A stretch of 64,000 nt of DNA from assembly GCA_965644265.1 (NCBI GenBank), contig OZ286461.1, forward strand, positions 87,792,001-87,856,000. The letters are read 5' to 3'. This document shows, piece by piece, positions 1 through 14,300 of the stretch (positions within the stretch are counted from its first letter, which is position 1; the number at the start of each line of letters is the position of its first letter). The notes beneath the pieces were generated by a model. It was not told the DNA's origin and did no database searches. It was given only the letters and a program-made list of their open reading frames with translations. The stretch comes from Glycera tridactyla. Lineage: Eukaryota. A program made the position numbers and the translations under genes.

Positions 1-977
1 GAGAGGCAACGGCATTCTCACAAAATTTTAATAACCAAAATAGTTATGGCTTGAAGATAAAGCAGCAATATCAATTCTGATTTTGCTATGAATCGATACC
101 TATACGAATTATTTGACAAATATACTATATTTGAGACACAATTCATTGTGCTCAATATTGCAAATATATGCCTCTGGAGCTTATTGCTGAGTTTTCTTCT
201 GTGTTGGTATTTTGGATCAGAATTTTGACAGTGCACAGAGCTCGGAATTCTCCAAAATGACACCATATTCAGAAAAAAAAGATGAAATATTGACTTGTGC
301 TGGTGAATTCCCCTGCAACAAAAGGTTGTAGTGTGAAATTTGTTTCTTAGGAACCCTAGGGTACTGATGGCTGCCTTTCGTTGCTTTGGCTTTCCAGTAT
401 GTGATAATGATTGGATGTGTTTGTGACATCCATAGAATAAGTACAGATAGAATGTGGATAGAGTCCACATCCTACAAATATTTTATCGCAGCATACAAAA
501 TATCGTGGTTGAGAATTTGCATTTTCATAGTATTGCCTATATTGAATGAGAAGTGCTCAATTGCAAAGTAGTATTATAAATTTGGTGGATGTGGACGGGC
601 CCGATAAACACATTCCAAATCCCTCACAAACCCTGAGTTCCTTCTGCAATTTGTAATCATGACTTTGCAATGGTTATCAGCATTTGGAGGTTGGTTCAAG
701 CTGACACCAATGATGCATAGTGAAGTACACCTACTCACTGAGTAATGCAGTGGGATAAATCTCCTTACAGCTATTCAGTAATTTGAAAATGATTGAAAAA
801 TTGGTCACAGCTTTGACTTTCCAAATGCAAACAGAATGTGACATTTACCAAACTGGGGCATCACAAAATTAGACACATTTGCACATTATTCATAAGGGTT
901 CTTATGCACAGCTGAGGGGAGAGAGATAGTCAAAAAAGAAGAAAATCAATTGTGCTTTGCTTAGCACCCATACTTAC

Positions 978-1177
978 AGCTTCATCATCAGCATCAGGAT
1001 CCTCGTCCACCTTCTCCTCATCTGATGTAGCTTTGAAATCAGCAGAGCCCATCAAGTTGTTGTGCTTGTACTCCTCCTTAGGTGCACTGCCCACTGAGTT
1101 CTGTGGACTGAGTGTCCGGTGGCTTGTGAACGAATTTTGGCGACTCAGGTTGAATGAATTCTGACGGCTAACACAAC
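978..1177 (-). CDS. CACNA1G/H/I: Cav3 exon: distal II-III linker (200 nt, phase 1-0)
   Basis: Acceptor cctctcatattcaacag; donor gtaagt. Encodes [66 protein letters not shown]; the acidic end resembles the stretch before domain III in Cav3. Confidence 0.88.
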
Positions 1178-4100
1178 CTGTTGAATATGAGAGGATAATC
1201 CAATATTTAGAATATGCACCATGTTTATGACATATGTGTAGTCGAGATTATCAGTTTAACATACAATAGTCATCATAATTTTCAAATCTAACCCATTATG
1301 ATATCCAAAATTATTAATAAACTCTCTCATTTCTTTGGATTGATCACATGATGTGATCTTAACAATGTTTATAATGTGAAGCCAACAATGTTGCAGTAAA
1401 CTCACAGAGGTCATATACCGATATGCTATTTCCAATGATATTTGAATGATCTGGATCAATTTGCATGTATTTTAATCAAGAAGCCATTCTAGAAGAAGAT
1501 GAAGATTCTAACAGCATATAGAAGATTAAGAGAAAAATGTCGTTTCCTGGATCTCTGTTATGGCTGTGTTTATTCCATGAGACATATAATCAAACATAGC
1601 CTTCACTGAAGGCGGCCTCGTCTCAACAAAGCCAACTCAAACACCTCGAATATATGTAACACATAGATGACTCAACTCATGCTGTGGAAATCAATTTTCA
1701 AACAAAGGTTGGATCTATTACCTGATGCTCATCAATAGTCACATCTGGATCACATTCACATTTTTGTCCCCAGAATCAAGCAAGGTTGTCATCGGTCCCC
1801 ATCCATTGCAGGCATTTGTAAAGGAATGCTATGAAAGGCATCTGTGTCAAGTTAAGTATGGCTATGGGCAGCAATAATCTTTATGAAAAATCCATTTCTG
1901 AAAATCTACTTTTGTTCCAAAAGTCGATCAGCATAGTCAGGAACCTCGATCCCAGGCTGGCATTCATTAGGTAATGATATAAATTGCATCAGGTACTAAG
2001 TTTTGAGTGGCTTCGGACAGCCAACATCTTTAGAAAAGTCCATTTCTGAAAAAAACAATTTTCACCCGAAAACCAACCAGGCCTGTTGGGAGAATTTTGT
2101 TTGTTTGCTTGAGACTTAACGGCATGTATCAACCCCCATCTATGGCTAGCATTCATTAGAGAAACCTATCAAGTACATCTGTACCAAGTTTGCTGTGGCT
2201 ACAGACAGCCAACATCTTTAGAAAAATCCATTTCTGAATAACCAATTTCCACCCAAAAACCAACCAGGTCTGTTGGGAGACCCCATCCATGGCTAGCATT
2301 CATTAGGGAATGCTATTAGGTACATCTGTACCAAGCATGGTGTGGCTACGGACAGCCACCTTCTTTAGAAAAATCCATTTCTGTAAAAGATAATTTTCAC
2401 CCCAAAACCAACCAGGCCTGGACACCGACACCGACGCCGACGCCAACACCGGAGTGACCGCAATACCTTCCCTCAACTTCGTTGAGACGAGGTGAAAAAG
2501 GAGTTGAATAATTCAATGGCTGAAGTTGAATATCAAACACAAATTAAAGTGCCATTTGTTCCCTTTGTACATGACTTAAAGTTGAACAGAAGTTCAAACT
2601 CAAGTTTTGTGACAGGTGGCCAGTTTTCTTTCACATCAATTTTACACCTCTCCAATTTTCAATGAATCAATATAAACACTACATTTATGGAAATGAACCA
2701 GAGATATAACTGGTAGCTCAAAAACTCCAGGCAGACACAGAGATGAATTCTCAAAAAAGCGCTTCGGTGAAGAATAATTCACTTGATGTTTATAAAAACA
2801 TCAGTAGAACAAAATATCAACAGAGTTTTCGAGATGAACCTCATAAAAAAAATGGTCATATCTGCAAGAGATTGTCACAGTATAATCACAGAAGTGAAGA
2901 ACAAATACAGGATTGTGAAAATTTTCTAATGTCTGATGTTTCACACACATGTAACTAGACCACAAAAAGCTCTGACGGCAAACTCCACTAACAAACTGGC
3001 AAAACCACTGACATTCACATTATCACACAATATCTGACGATGTAACAAGTTACCAGCTAAAGCATGACTGGTTGGATAATAGGTCTATTCACATCATGAA
3101 TCTCCATGAGTGACACTATACCTTCTGCCTTAGCACAGTGAAAACTGCAACTAGAGGAATCGGGGAAGATAAAGTCACCTTCAGGTGACATTTAGGATGA
3201 TCTTTTATCATAGGATTCGCTTCATACAGCTTCCCATTCCCCTCATTGTCAGAATATAAATGTCGCAATATTATCACTTGCATGGTATTGGAAAGTGTGG
3301 TATCACTGGTGAGTCATTCAACTAGGTCTGATACCACCAACCCCTATTATCACTGCAACTAGTACCACATTCATCATTGGGTGGTTGAGTGCATTTAGCC
3401 AATGGGATTATTCATGCCATGCGTTTAAGATCCACGTGAGCCGTGAGCTGGATACATCATCCTCTTGCAAGCACCACTCTCTCTCAGACATCTACAGTAA
3501 TTTTGGGCCAGGCATCTATGCCAGGGTGCTAATCATCTGAAGTCAGGTTGGTTTAACTTAAATGGCTTGTCTAAACCAGCCAGATTGTTCATGCTTACAG
3601 CAGCTGGATAACTTGTTCCCCATAAGAACCACTCTGACGGATTCTGACCACAAGTGAAAATCTCCTCTGACTATATTACAGAACAGAGATGAACCTATGT
3701 AACCTGACACTCAAACCTGAGGTAGTCCGTGCAATCCATGCCCAGTATGAAGCAGAGTATGCAAAGCAACCACAGCTTACTGACTCACATGCAGCCTAGG
3801 TCAGGAAAAAGGTTCCATCAACCATATCAACACCAATGTAGTGGTACAGTGTGTAGTGGTTTGGTGGTCCACATCTACCATCAAATTTCATGCCAATTTG
3901 ACATGTGGAGATATGGATAGAGCACCAAAAAGTTTGGTCCACTTAGTTGCGGCATTGGTAATCCAGCTTGTCTACAGTATATCAATGCAGAAGGCCATGC
4001 TTATCTGAGACTGATGTACAGCCGAATTCTGCTCAAAAGAGGCCAATCTACAGAAGTCAAATCCAGATCTCTGTATACCCTCTGTAATACTTATAGCAGT

Positions 4101-7100
4101 GTTACTACAGATAAGGCTCACAGATAACTACACACCCTTCCCTCTAATATGTTAACAAGAAGCTGTCACAGACAGTGTATCCCTTGCCATGGGTGCACAC
4201 ACACACACACATGCATGCACACACGCACCCGTCCACACACCCAGACAGACAGGCACACAAGGGAGGGGATAGGTGAAAGTTTGTGTTTGAGTAGAGGAGT
4301 GTCCAAATGCAATCAACGCAGGTCACAATGAAAGGCTTCAGAATAGTTGTATAGGTCTTACATAATACAAGTATGAACAACAGAAGTATGGAGAAGCTGA
4401 CCTATCAATGAGGGCAAAGTCGTTCATTTCAGGGAGATGTTGCACACTTCAGACATAGTCAGCGATGTATCTGGCTCAAAAAAAGACTGGGCCGAGGGCC
4501 CACTCAGTGGGAAAACAGTGGGCCGATTTCAGGATTTGTGGGCCAAGGCATGCGTTGCGTGGCCAATAATAAAAAAAAAAGATAAAAACCTGTTGGCACA
4601 TTTTGAGTTCGTTATTTGCTTACAACTTTCATTTTGTTTCAGGTGTGAAGAGGTTCATTCTTGCATCATGAATGTATGACAAAGTTGGAGATCGTACAAA
4701 TTGCGCGAGCTAATATTGCTGGTTATACAGACGCCAATCTGCATTCAGCAAATATTCGTTGTAATTTAACAATTCCTTCTGTTCTAGGAAAAATGGTGCG
4801 TATCTGCTCATTTCAGGGATTTTTAATTGATCTGAAAAACGAGCGCTGATTAATCAGATCAGCAGCCAGAATAGTCGATTAAATCGATCTTTGCATTGAT
4901 CGGTGGAACACTATTGGATAGTACATTATTTATCACAGTCTCTTTATTGTTAGAAGAGATTGCTCTTCACTACTCTGTAACAGACTATAATCAGCCAAAT
5001 TATCACATAAAATCTCTATAGAGATGTGTCTCATTGTTACACAAAATGTTATCTGTGTGTAGAAGGCTTTTGGGATTTGTCTTTGTATGCAGTGTGGGAT
5101 TTTGATTTGAGCACTCACTTGGAATTCATCCAAAATATTCAAATTCACATTACATCAACTTGGAGAATATAATCTCAGGAAATTTTGTTCAAATTCTCAA
5201 GTCAAGGCTCTGTGGTGTATGTCAAAAAGAAAATGGTGCCCAGATTTTGCTCCAATCAGGGTCTAAATCTGCGATATGGAGGTCATCTCATTGTACAAGT
5301 TTACAAATCTAATTTTATTAGGGAAACATGTATGTGGAGAGACACAAGTCTGATGATTTCTGAATCAATGGTCTTCAATGAATCCTGCAGCATAGAGTAA
5401 TGACCTACGATATCCTAGGGTCATTACGCTATGCCTGCAGTGAGGTTGGTATGAGTGTGGTTCATTTACAACCTGCTTGTGTGGAGAGGGTGGCACTTAT
5501 ATTGGGTCAGGGTGGAACCCGATCCTGGCCACCAGCTGTTATTACCTCCTCACCTAGTGCGCCATAGTCGGCCCATTTGATTATAATTAGATGCGCCAAT
5601 TTTGTATATGACACGCCATGGCGCGCTCGGCGCTGCCCAGATACATCCCTGCATAGTGAATGTGCCAAAATATGCCAAAAACTGCAAGTAGAATACATCA
5701 AAGGGCAATAACTCCTCCAAAAATGATTCAATCACAAAACCCTGACAATATGCACTGCATGTAAAATGAAGGAGTTGTGCAGCCAATGATTTACATGTAA
5801 AATTCAAAAAAGGGCAATGACATCTCAAAAAATAATCTGATCATGAAACCCTGACAATATACACTGCAGAACCTTATTACAATCATTCTGTGAAAGTTTG
5901 GTGAAAATCTCATGTAAAATGAAAGAGAAGTTGCGCAGCCGAGAAAGTGTGACGGACGGACTGATTGAATGATTGAATGACGGACGGCCACTATTTTGAT
6001 ATCCCTACGCCTTTCGGTGAGGGATAATAAAACTACCATGTGATGACACTCAATTCAATGCCACCTGCCCACAAAGACCAAATGCAGTATTGTTTGATAT
6101 TATAAACTGACGAGCCACATTTCTATATAACCAGGAATGGCATGTTTGACAGCAATAGAGGACATTGATGAGATTGCAAAAAAGCGAGCTTGAAGTGAAC
6201 ATTTGCATTCAACGAGTGAGCACTCCCTTGAGGACACAACTGCATCATTTTTCTGTAGATGTAACTGCGACCAACGAACCCTTGTCTTGAGACATGGAAG
6301 TGTATAGAATTCAAGTTGTTAATTCATTGCAGATTCCCCTTAACTGGCAATAAAGGGATGTGAATAAAGGACATTCATGCATTTCAGTATAAAGAGTAAC
6401 CAAACACCAATGGCATAGAGGAATATTGATCCAACTGTTTAAGACTGAATCATGCCCTCTCATTCCCAGGAACCTAACCAGGTTTAATGAAACAAACATT
6501 CATTCCCTCCCCACACTCAACACACAATATTTTCTATCTGACATTCAAAGCAGGATCACAAATGAGCATAACCACCAGGAACAGATGCAACAGTGAGGCA
6601 ATTTGTTAGCTTGAGAAATCACGGCTTCATTTCAGTGTTACCTTATGATATAAGAGGCAGGGAAGAGATGTGGCAACAAAATGTAACCTAACTCGATAAG
6701 AGGGGCTACATAGTTAAGTGACATTGCATGAGTTCTTCCGGATTCATATATCGGACATGCTTTTTATGCTCTAAAGCTCCGGCCCCTACAAGCATCACTT
6801 TCACAGAGCCATTCCAGAGATGAGGTGGAGCTAGAAATGTAGCTCTTGGTTCAGACACACCTCTATCTAGATTTCCATAACACAGAAGCCCAAATGGCAT
6901 GACTGAAACAAGGTCTGCAACAGCACACTGGCACATCGCCTAACAGTCCTCACTACGACCATGACTACAGTAACACTTCTCTGCTAAGGAGTGCATAGAT
7001 AATGAAGGAAAACGTGTTTGAGGGAAAAGGAAGTAATTTGGAAAGCAAGATAGGTGCTTACTTTGCCTCTCGCCAGGCAATCCAGGTGGGCCCAAGAAAA

Positions 7101-10100
7101 CCCCAAGATACCCATTGGAATCTTCACCTACTTCAAGATTTCCTGATAAAAACCAAACAAATGTGCATCATGAATTTTCCTGATGAAAGCCAAACAAATT
7201 TGCATCATGAATTCTCCAAAAATATCCATAGCCCAAACTCATTGTGCAGGAAAGCAATAAGAATTCCATGGCCAAGATTAATGTGACAATGCACAATTTT
7301 AGTGAGGTCAGCAACCTTCTGCAAACCACCACAAAAATCCAGAAAAAAACAATGATACTGGAAAAATGACTGGATAGATCTCCAAGCATCACTGTTTCAG
7401 GGCAACACTGTCATCCATCGAAAGACAGTGGATGCATTCTTCATTAAACTTGGGTATAGTCTTGTCCTATGCCCTTTCTAAATCGGTCATTCAAGATCAC
7501 AAACTAATGTCAAGGTAATTACTCTCTTTCCCTTCCCTAATGTATCCTGCCAGTCCCTGGCTTCTTACAAGAATATTCTGAAATCTCAAGTGAAAAGTGT
7601 AAGCAAGAATAGCTTCAGATAGTAAGATTTTAAAGAATTTTAATAGTAGAGTATATACCAAAGTTGGTAGAATCAATGTATCCACTAATAACATTCATGA
7701 AATGATGACTGCTGAATGGCAGTCATATTCATGGAAAGTAATGTATGTGATGTATGTGAATGTATATCTATATATCAGGTGCAAGAGAATGAATCCAAAT
7801 GAAAAATGTTGTCCAACTCGACTCCCCTCTACTCCAATTGTCATGAATAAGACACTGAGCTAGAATGAGATACTCTGACAGTTCATCTTTCATATTGTTG
7901 AAAAGAAATCATTTCCCAATTCGTCCATGAGTCCCCATTGTCATTCAGACAACTTATTCAAAATGGTGACCAGAAACACATCTCATTTACTGGATCAGAA
8001 ACCTGCCACCAGAATATGGTCTCTGTAATCTCTTGTAATCAATGACAAACTGATGTCGTTCAACTTATCATTTTTTCAAAATATCTGCGTTACTCAAATT
8101 CTCATGTAGAAGCACATAATGCATCAAGTGGTGCAGCTTGTCGATGTTACACCTACTCTCCTCTTTTCATACATTGATACATACATAGGCTCACAAGTAA
8201 GTTTAGTTTATCACCAGCCTGTAGGGTGTGCAATTGCAGCTAACAATTACCAATGCTTTGTAACAGAAATACGGTATGCATCGCTCTGACAATCTCAACA
8301 TAAAGAATACTGGGGATAAGGGGAACACTTTCTGTTTCAGACCAACAGTCTCAATATCCACGATACTCAATATAGTGATTTCTGCATAAAAGTCAAACAC
8401 CTTTCTCCTAACAATCATTTGGCGTTATATTCGGTATGTGACATTGAATGAATTTATTTTGTTTCGTTCAACATAGATGTGGTAAAGAAAATTGCACTCT
8501 GAAATGTGACCATATTCATGACAATATTCTTTTAGTTTCAGACATTTCACACCCGACAATCCCATGATTCAGATATTCCCTCAACACACTCACTGGAGAA
8601 ACAAATAAGTGATCATCATAGTTGACATGACTCCTCATACGAACAGAATATATCACGTATACTTACTATGATAACTACTGGTGAGCGAATTCTGGCGTGT
8701 TGAACTACGGCGACTTTTAATAGAATTATGCGGACTCAACGTCTGGTAACTTTTGATTGAGTTTTGGGGACTCAGAGTCCGCTGGTTATTCAATGGTGCA
8801 TGACCATTGCAATCACTGAAAACAGAGGTAAATGACATTGAAATTATTGTGCTACAATTCTAATCATTATTGTTACAGGAGTGTAAACACATCTCTGCAA
8901 AATACATAATATTTCACACAGCCACATGAACATAATAGTGCAAATCTTTCACATCGTTCATGTCCTCGATGCATCACTTTCTTGGTTCACGTTTTGTGGC
9001 ATATGGCATATGCAATGACAAATAAAAAGCTGAGTCATGTTGGGGAGCACACACAAGCGCAAAAACACTGGTAAATGTCACAGCAACTAAAACAGGTGCA
9101 TGTGTACTGGACCTGTGACACAAGACATATCTTTGTATAGTCCCATGATGAGCTGGTTCAAATATACTACCACAAAGTCAAAGATGCCACAAATTCATCT
9201 GTTTGTCAACTGTTTTATTTTCACCAGTATTCTGAAATCAATTTGCTTATGAGGTCACACCAAACTAGGAAAGCATTATCTATTTTTTCTGACTCCATAA
9301 CAAAGATATTTTGAGAACCATACAGGTCACCATGAACTAGTACAAAATTAAAGGGCTAGGGATGCACTTTGACAATGCTGAGATCTCTTTTGGGATGTGT
9401 AGGGGGGTCCTGATGAAACGTCTCAATACACAGGCTGCTGGTACATCTTGTGATGTCAGCTCAGGATCTATTGAGCGCTCCATCATCAGGTTTGGCAAGT
9501 ATAGGAGGGCAAGTTGTGTATTTTCTGTCACACTGGCGTTGACACTCACAATTTTGAATGAAAATTCCCTGTTCACCCTCCATTAGTGATCAAAATAGTC
9601 GATTATTCGAGAATACGAGATGGCGTGCATGTTTGCCATATGGATTTGCATTCATCAGCAAGGTTTCGGGTCTTAGATCTCAGTATTCGTGACACAGCTG
9701 TTTTTTTGTATCAGGTGTCCCAGACCCTTCAAAACTTGGATCTTAACATGGAGAATAGCTATACCCACGATTGGAAATAACTCAAGTTTGAGCAAGATAA
9801 ATTTTCATCCTAGCAAAAAAATACCCCAATGTGATTTCCTTAAAACTCCTGAGCACTGACATGTTTCTGCAGATTCATTAGTTATCTTCCTAACTTTATT
9901 TACTGAAATTGTAGAATATGATACTGCATTCATGTCAGTGTGAATAGACTTGATTACTATTGCTGCAGCTGACCATTGAACAACTTTATCATCCTTCAAT
10001 TTCCCACAGGGAACCTTTTTGACACATCATCAAGTGCTTATCTTAACTATCACATGTGATGAGATTCTCAGTAAAAAAAATTGTAACATCCATTGGAATC

Positions 10101-11360
10101 AACTGCAATAATATCCGAACACCAGCTAGAGTGCCCAATATATCCCATTGTCCAAAAGTTCTTTATTCATCTATAAATCAGGAGACAGGGGCAAAGCAAG
10201 CAGGGCGTGTTATCCCAATTTAATGTTACTATTGTGACAATCAATGAGCAACATGCCAAAGCAGATTAGCATCCACTAATAATGTGCCACCTCAAATTGT
10301 CAAGCTTAATATCATAATAGTCTGCTTTGACATGAAGCAGTATGAGTGGGGAGGTTTTGTGATAAATGGCAATTTCACTGGACGTAATTCATGAATTGGA
10401 ATTGTTAGTGGGACCAAACAACAACTGCACAAAACACAAAGACATGAATATTCACCTCATTCATGCCACCATCACAGTTGTTAATAACTTCACAAGATAT
10501 ATAGTAGACAGCAATATTACAATTACAATCCCTCATAGAAAAATAACATTTTGTTAGAGTGTGAAATGAGAAAATCTATAAATAGTTCCTGTGACCTTGA
10601 CCTTTGACCTGGGGTCACATGCATCGAAAGGGAGGTGGCCGACCATTAGGTCATCAGGTTGCATAAGTTTGGTGCATATCCATCGAAGCTCGCTCGAGTT
10701 AGAGTGTGAAATGGGAAAATCTATAAATAGCTCCTGTGACCTTGACCTTTGACCTGGGGTCACATGCATCAAAAGGGAGGTGGCCCACAATCGGGTCATT
10801 ACTTTGTGTAAGTTTGGTGCATATCCATCAAAGATCTCTTGAGTTAGAGTGTAAAATGGGAAAATATATAAATAGCTCCTGTGACCTTGACCATGGACCT
10901 AGGGTCACACACATCGAAAGGGAGGTGGCCCAACATTAGGTCATTACTTTGTGTAAGTTTGGTGCATATCCATTGAGGCTAACTTGAGTTAGAGTGTTAA
11001 ATAAGAAAATCTATAAATAGCTCCTGTGACCTTGACCTTCGACCTTTGGGTACGAAAATCAAATTCTCGAATGCGATTTTTACATAGATCACAGTTATGA
11101 AGTTTTATAAAAATTGGACCAGCCAATATAAAGTTATTGCATGAAATGTGAGCGGACGTACGTACGCCGGAGGTGAAACTATAATAAAAAAGCGGGGTAT
11201 AAAAACTCTTTCCCATTCCAGCTTTGCCCATGCCAATATCAAAGGTAGGCATGGTCGAGGTGAATCATCACATTTGCGATTGATCAGCAAGCTCAAAATA
11301 AACCTGTATAGGCGAAATTATGGTTAGGCAGTTTGTATGCACATCCTCCTCCTCCTCTTT

Positions 11361-11394
<34 letters not shown>

Positions 11395-14300
11395 CCATCA
11401 CCATCATCACTTATTCATATTCACCAAGGGCATCAACATCACATATAATCCCAAATAAACATGCTGTGAATATTGTGACAACATCCTCCAATCAACTAAA
11501 TTCCTTCGCCCATGTACCTGTGTGTACTATCATTTGTGAAAATGTTTCATTTTGTTCGAAAGACATATGCAGCATGTTATATCTCACAAACATGAAACAA
11601 AATTCTTCAAATTTATATCAAGAGAGAATTGTTAGCGTATCAAAAATTACCAAGAATTCCCACATTTACCATATCCTGATGGTTTTTTGATCGCAGAATA
11701 GGCATTACCTTTATCGAAATATACATGTGCTGCAGGTGCACATGATATCCTATTCCGAAATGGCAAATGTTCATAAGTGGAATTTACACATCAACATGGG
11801 CGAAAACCTGCATGCTGACGCAGGCCAATTGCATGATACATAATACAGCAACGAAAGATTTGATGCAGCAGCCATCACAATATCCACCAGCAGCGGAAGC
11901 ACATTACATAATAATTTCAGCCTGGCATCAGAGCAAATCAGTTACATCAATGTTCTTACATATTCATATATTTTATGTATGAGTGGAGAATGATAAAAAA
12001 TCTAACATTTACGATCAAAAAGCTCCAATTGAAGGATATTCAGTATCTAAGACCAGGGTGGGGAAAGGATTGCAGTGATGGATAGAAAAAAAAAGCAATT
12101 ACTATGGTGATATCATTCAGAAAAAAGGCAAGATGGTGGTCGTGACTACCTGCGAAGTAGATACAATGTAGCACATGATGAAATGACAATATCTGTGCCT
12201 TTACCAACTGACATGTGAACTAGGGGTATGATTACCCTAGGGAGCACTCTCAAGGGGGTTGTAATGAGATGCCCATGGCCACTTTGTTTCAATTTTCCAT
12301 GGGAGATATAGCAAATTAAATATGGAAAATTTTCCATAAGCTCCGATTTGACAATGTGATAAAATACAATGATGCATACATCACTTGCATCCAGCTTTTT
12401 ATCTTAATGTCCATGACCCCTTTATATATATATAGATATATATATATCATGAAATATATATATATATATCATGAAATATAGGCAAACATTATGTTTGTTT
12501 CATCACTTCCATGTGACAGATCAGCGAATCTGAGATATGTATGGTGATATACTGAGATACCATGAAGTATCACACAAGGCAAGTATAATAAGTTGGTTAT
12601 TTGTGAGTAAAGCACATAGAATGAATACTATAGTACTATACAGCATGAATCTTTGCACCTTACCAAGAGCATTAGATGGGGTGGGAAGGGGAGTTTGTTT
12701 CAAAAACGGGAATGGGAAGTAAGTAGACATGTCCAATTCACTTCATGAAAAAATACATAATGACACATGATACGTATGCATTGAACAACACCATAGATCA
12801 TGATATAAAAAGCTATAGGCAGCAGGGTGATAAAGATACAACATGGAGATATATATAAGTGACTTGTCCCTAGACATTGTGCCTAAAATTTCTGACACGT
12901 GCCTGCAAATCAACTTGCAGATGTGATACCTGCTCTGCACCAAACTTACAATACCAATATCAGCTTCCAGGACCCCATTCAGTCCTTGGGCCTAGTATGC
13001 TTAGGCATATTCATTAGTGGGGTCATGAGTTCAAAATATGGATTACAATCCTGAAATTTAACCTGAATTTTCCAATCTTTACACAATTATCAAATCGAGT
13101 TGGAACATTTTCCAAAATAATGGTATCAGAAATCGGAATGACTGATGCTGCTTGACTTGTGGTCATTCATGCAGAAAACACATTACTGAACCTGATCTTT
13201 GGAAAATAGGATAATTTGGTGCAGGCAGGAGTGTTAATGAGTTAATAACAGTGCTAGCCATTGTTCAATCTGACCTTCACCCACATAATGAGAAATGAAC
13301 CAACATATTCAATGCAGAAATGTAACCATATTTGATCACACCGATTATGTTTGTAAACCATTGCAAGATTCATTCACTGGTCAGTAGCCTTCATGATATG
13401 CCATTAATTCACATACAATTCAATAAATGTTGAAGGATTTCAAATTCCTTAAAATACTGAGGCATTACTGCATAGTGAGAGAATTTGTTCTGATATCCAT
13501 ATACATCTCATATTGAGAAATCTATCTTGGAATTTAAATCCACAAAATATCAGGTTGATGCACTCAAAGTAATGATGCATAAAACTGTGTTCTGTGGATA
13601 TATACTCAGAGGTCTCTTTGTGGCTGGGAATCATCATCAAGATTCCTACTACTGAGATTTTTTGACTGAATGCAGCAAGAGTGATGATGTATTGCCTTCA
13701 GTGACAAGCCATCTCCAAAATTGAGCCACATTACAAATTTCTGTCATATATGGAAGTAGACTGATCAAGAACAAATGGCTGTAGTCATCCTCAATCAAGT
13801 GTGGCAGCAAATTGATTAATTATACACATAGGTCAATGAAATTGGCCTTGTGGCATGCAACAGCAATAACAATGTTGTTGTACCTATGTGGAGAACTAAG
13901 GGGAGAAACTGGCCGACTAGTGTATATAAGTGAATATTTGTATGTATCCGTGTGAGCAGGTACTTCCAGCGTCATGACACGACTAGATGCCAAAGGTGCA
14001 TTCAAACTGTCAAGCAAAAACAAACAAAAACCATTCATCAGAATGCATTGTCATCTCGTGACAACTTCTGAATGTCATAACACTATGCAACGTCATCAAC
14101 CCCTCAATTCTTGTGAAGAAAACCTGGCATTTTCTTTGCCCATAGCTCTAAAAAAGAATAGAATATAAATAAATCTTCTGGACGGGGAAGAGACATCACA
14201 TGGAGTGCACCATGGGACTGCTGGAAGACAGAAGGAGCTGGTGGTTTCTGTGAATGTAGTAGTGGAATATGAGCACACACTGGGAGCCAACCAATAACGC

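Noticed and set aside
18-470. 150-aa minus-strand ORF as the next Cav3 exon (domain III S1)
   Set aside because: No resemblance to the expected YLF/FSPxNRFR...IIIS1 sequence; that exon must lie before base 1.
9408-9430. CTGATGA as a hammerhead core (also 7181, the 170-bp repeat units and 57350 on minus)
   Set aside because: No stem II followed by GAAA and a closing stem.
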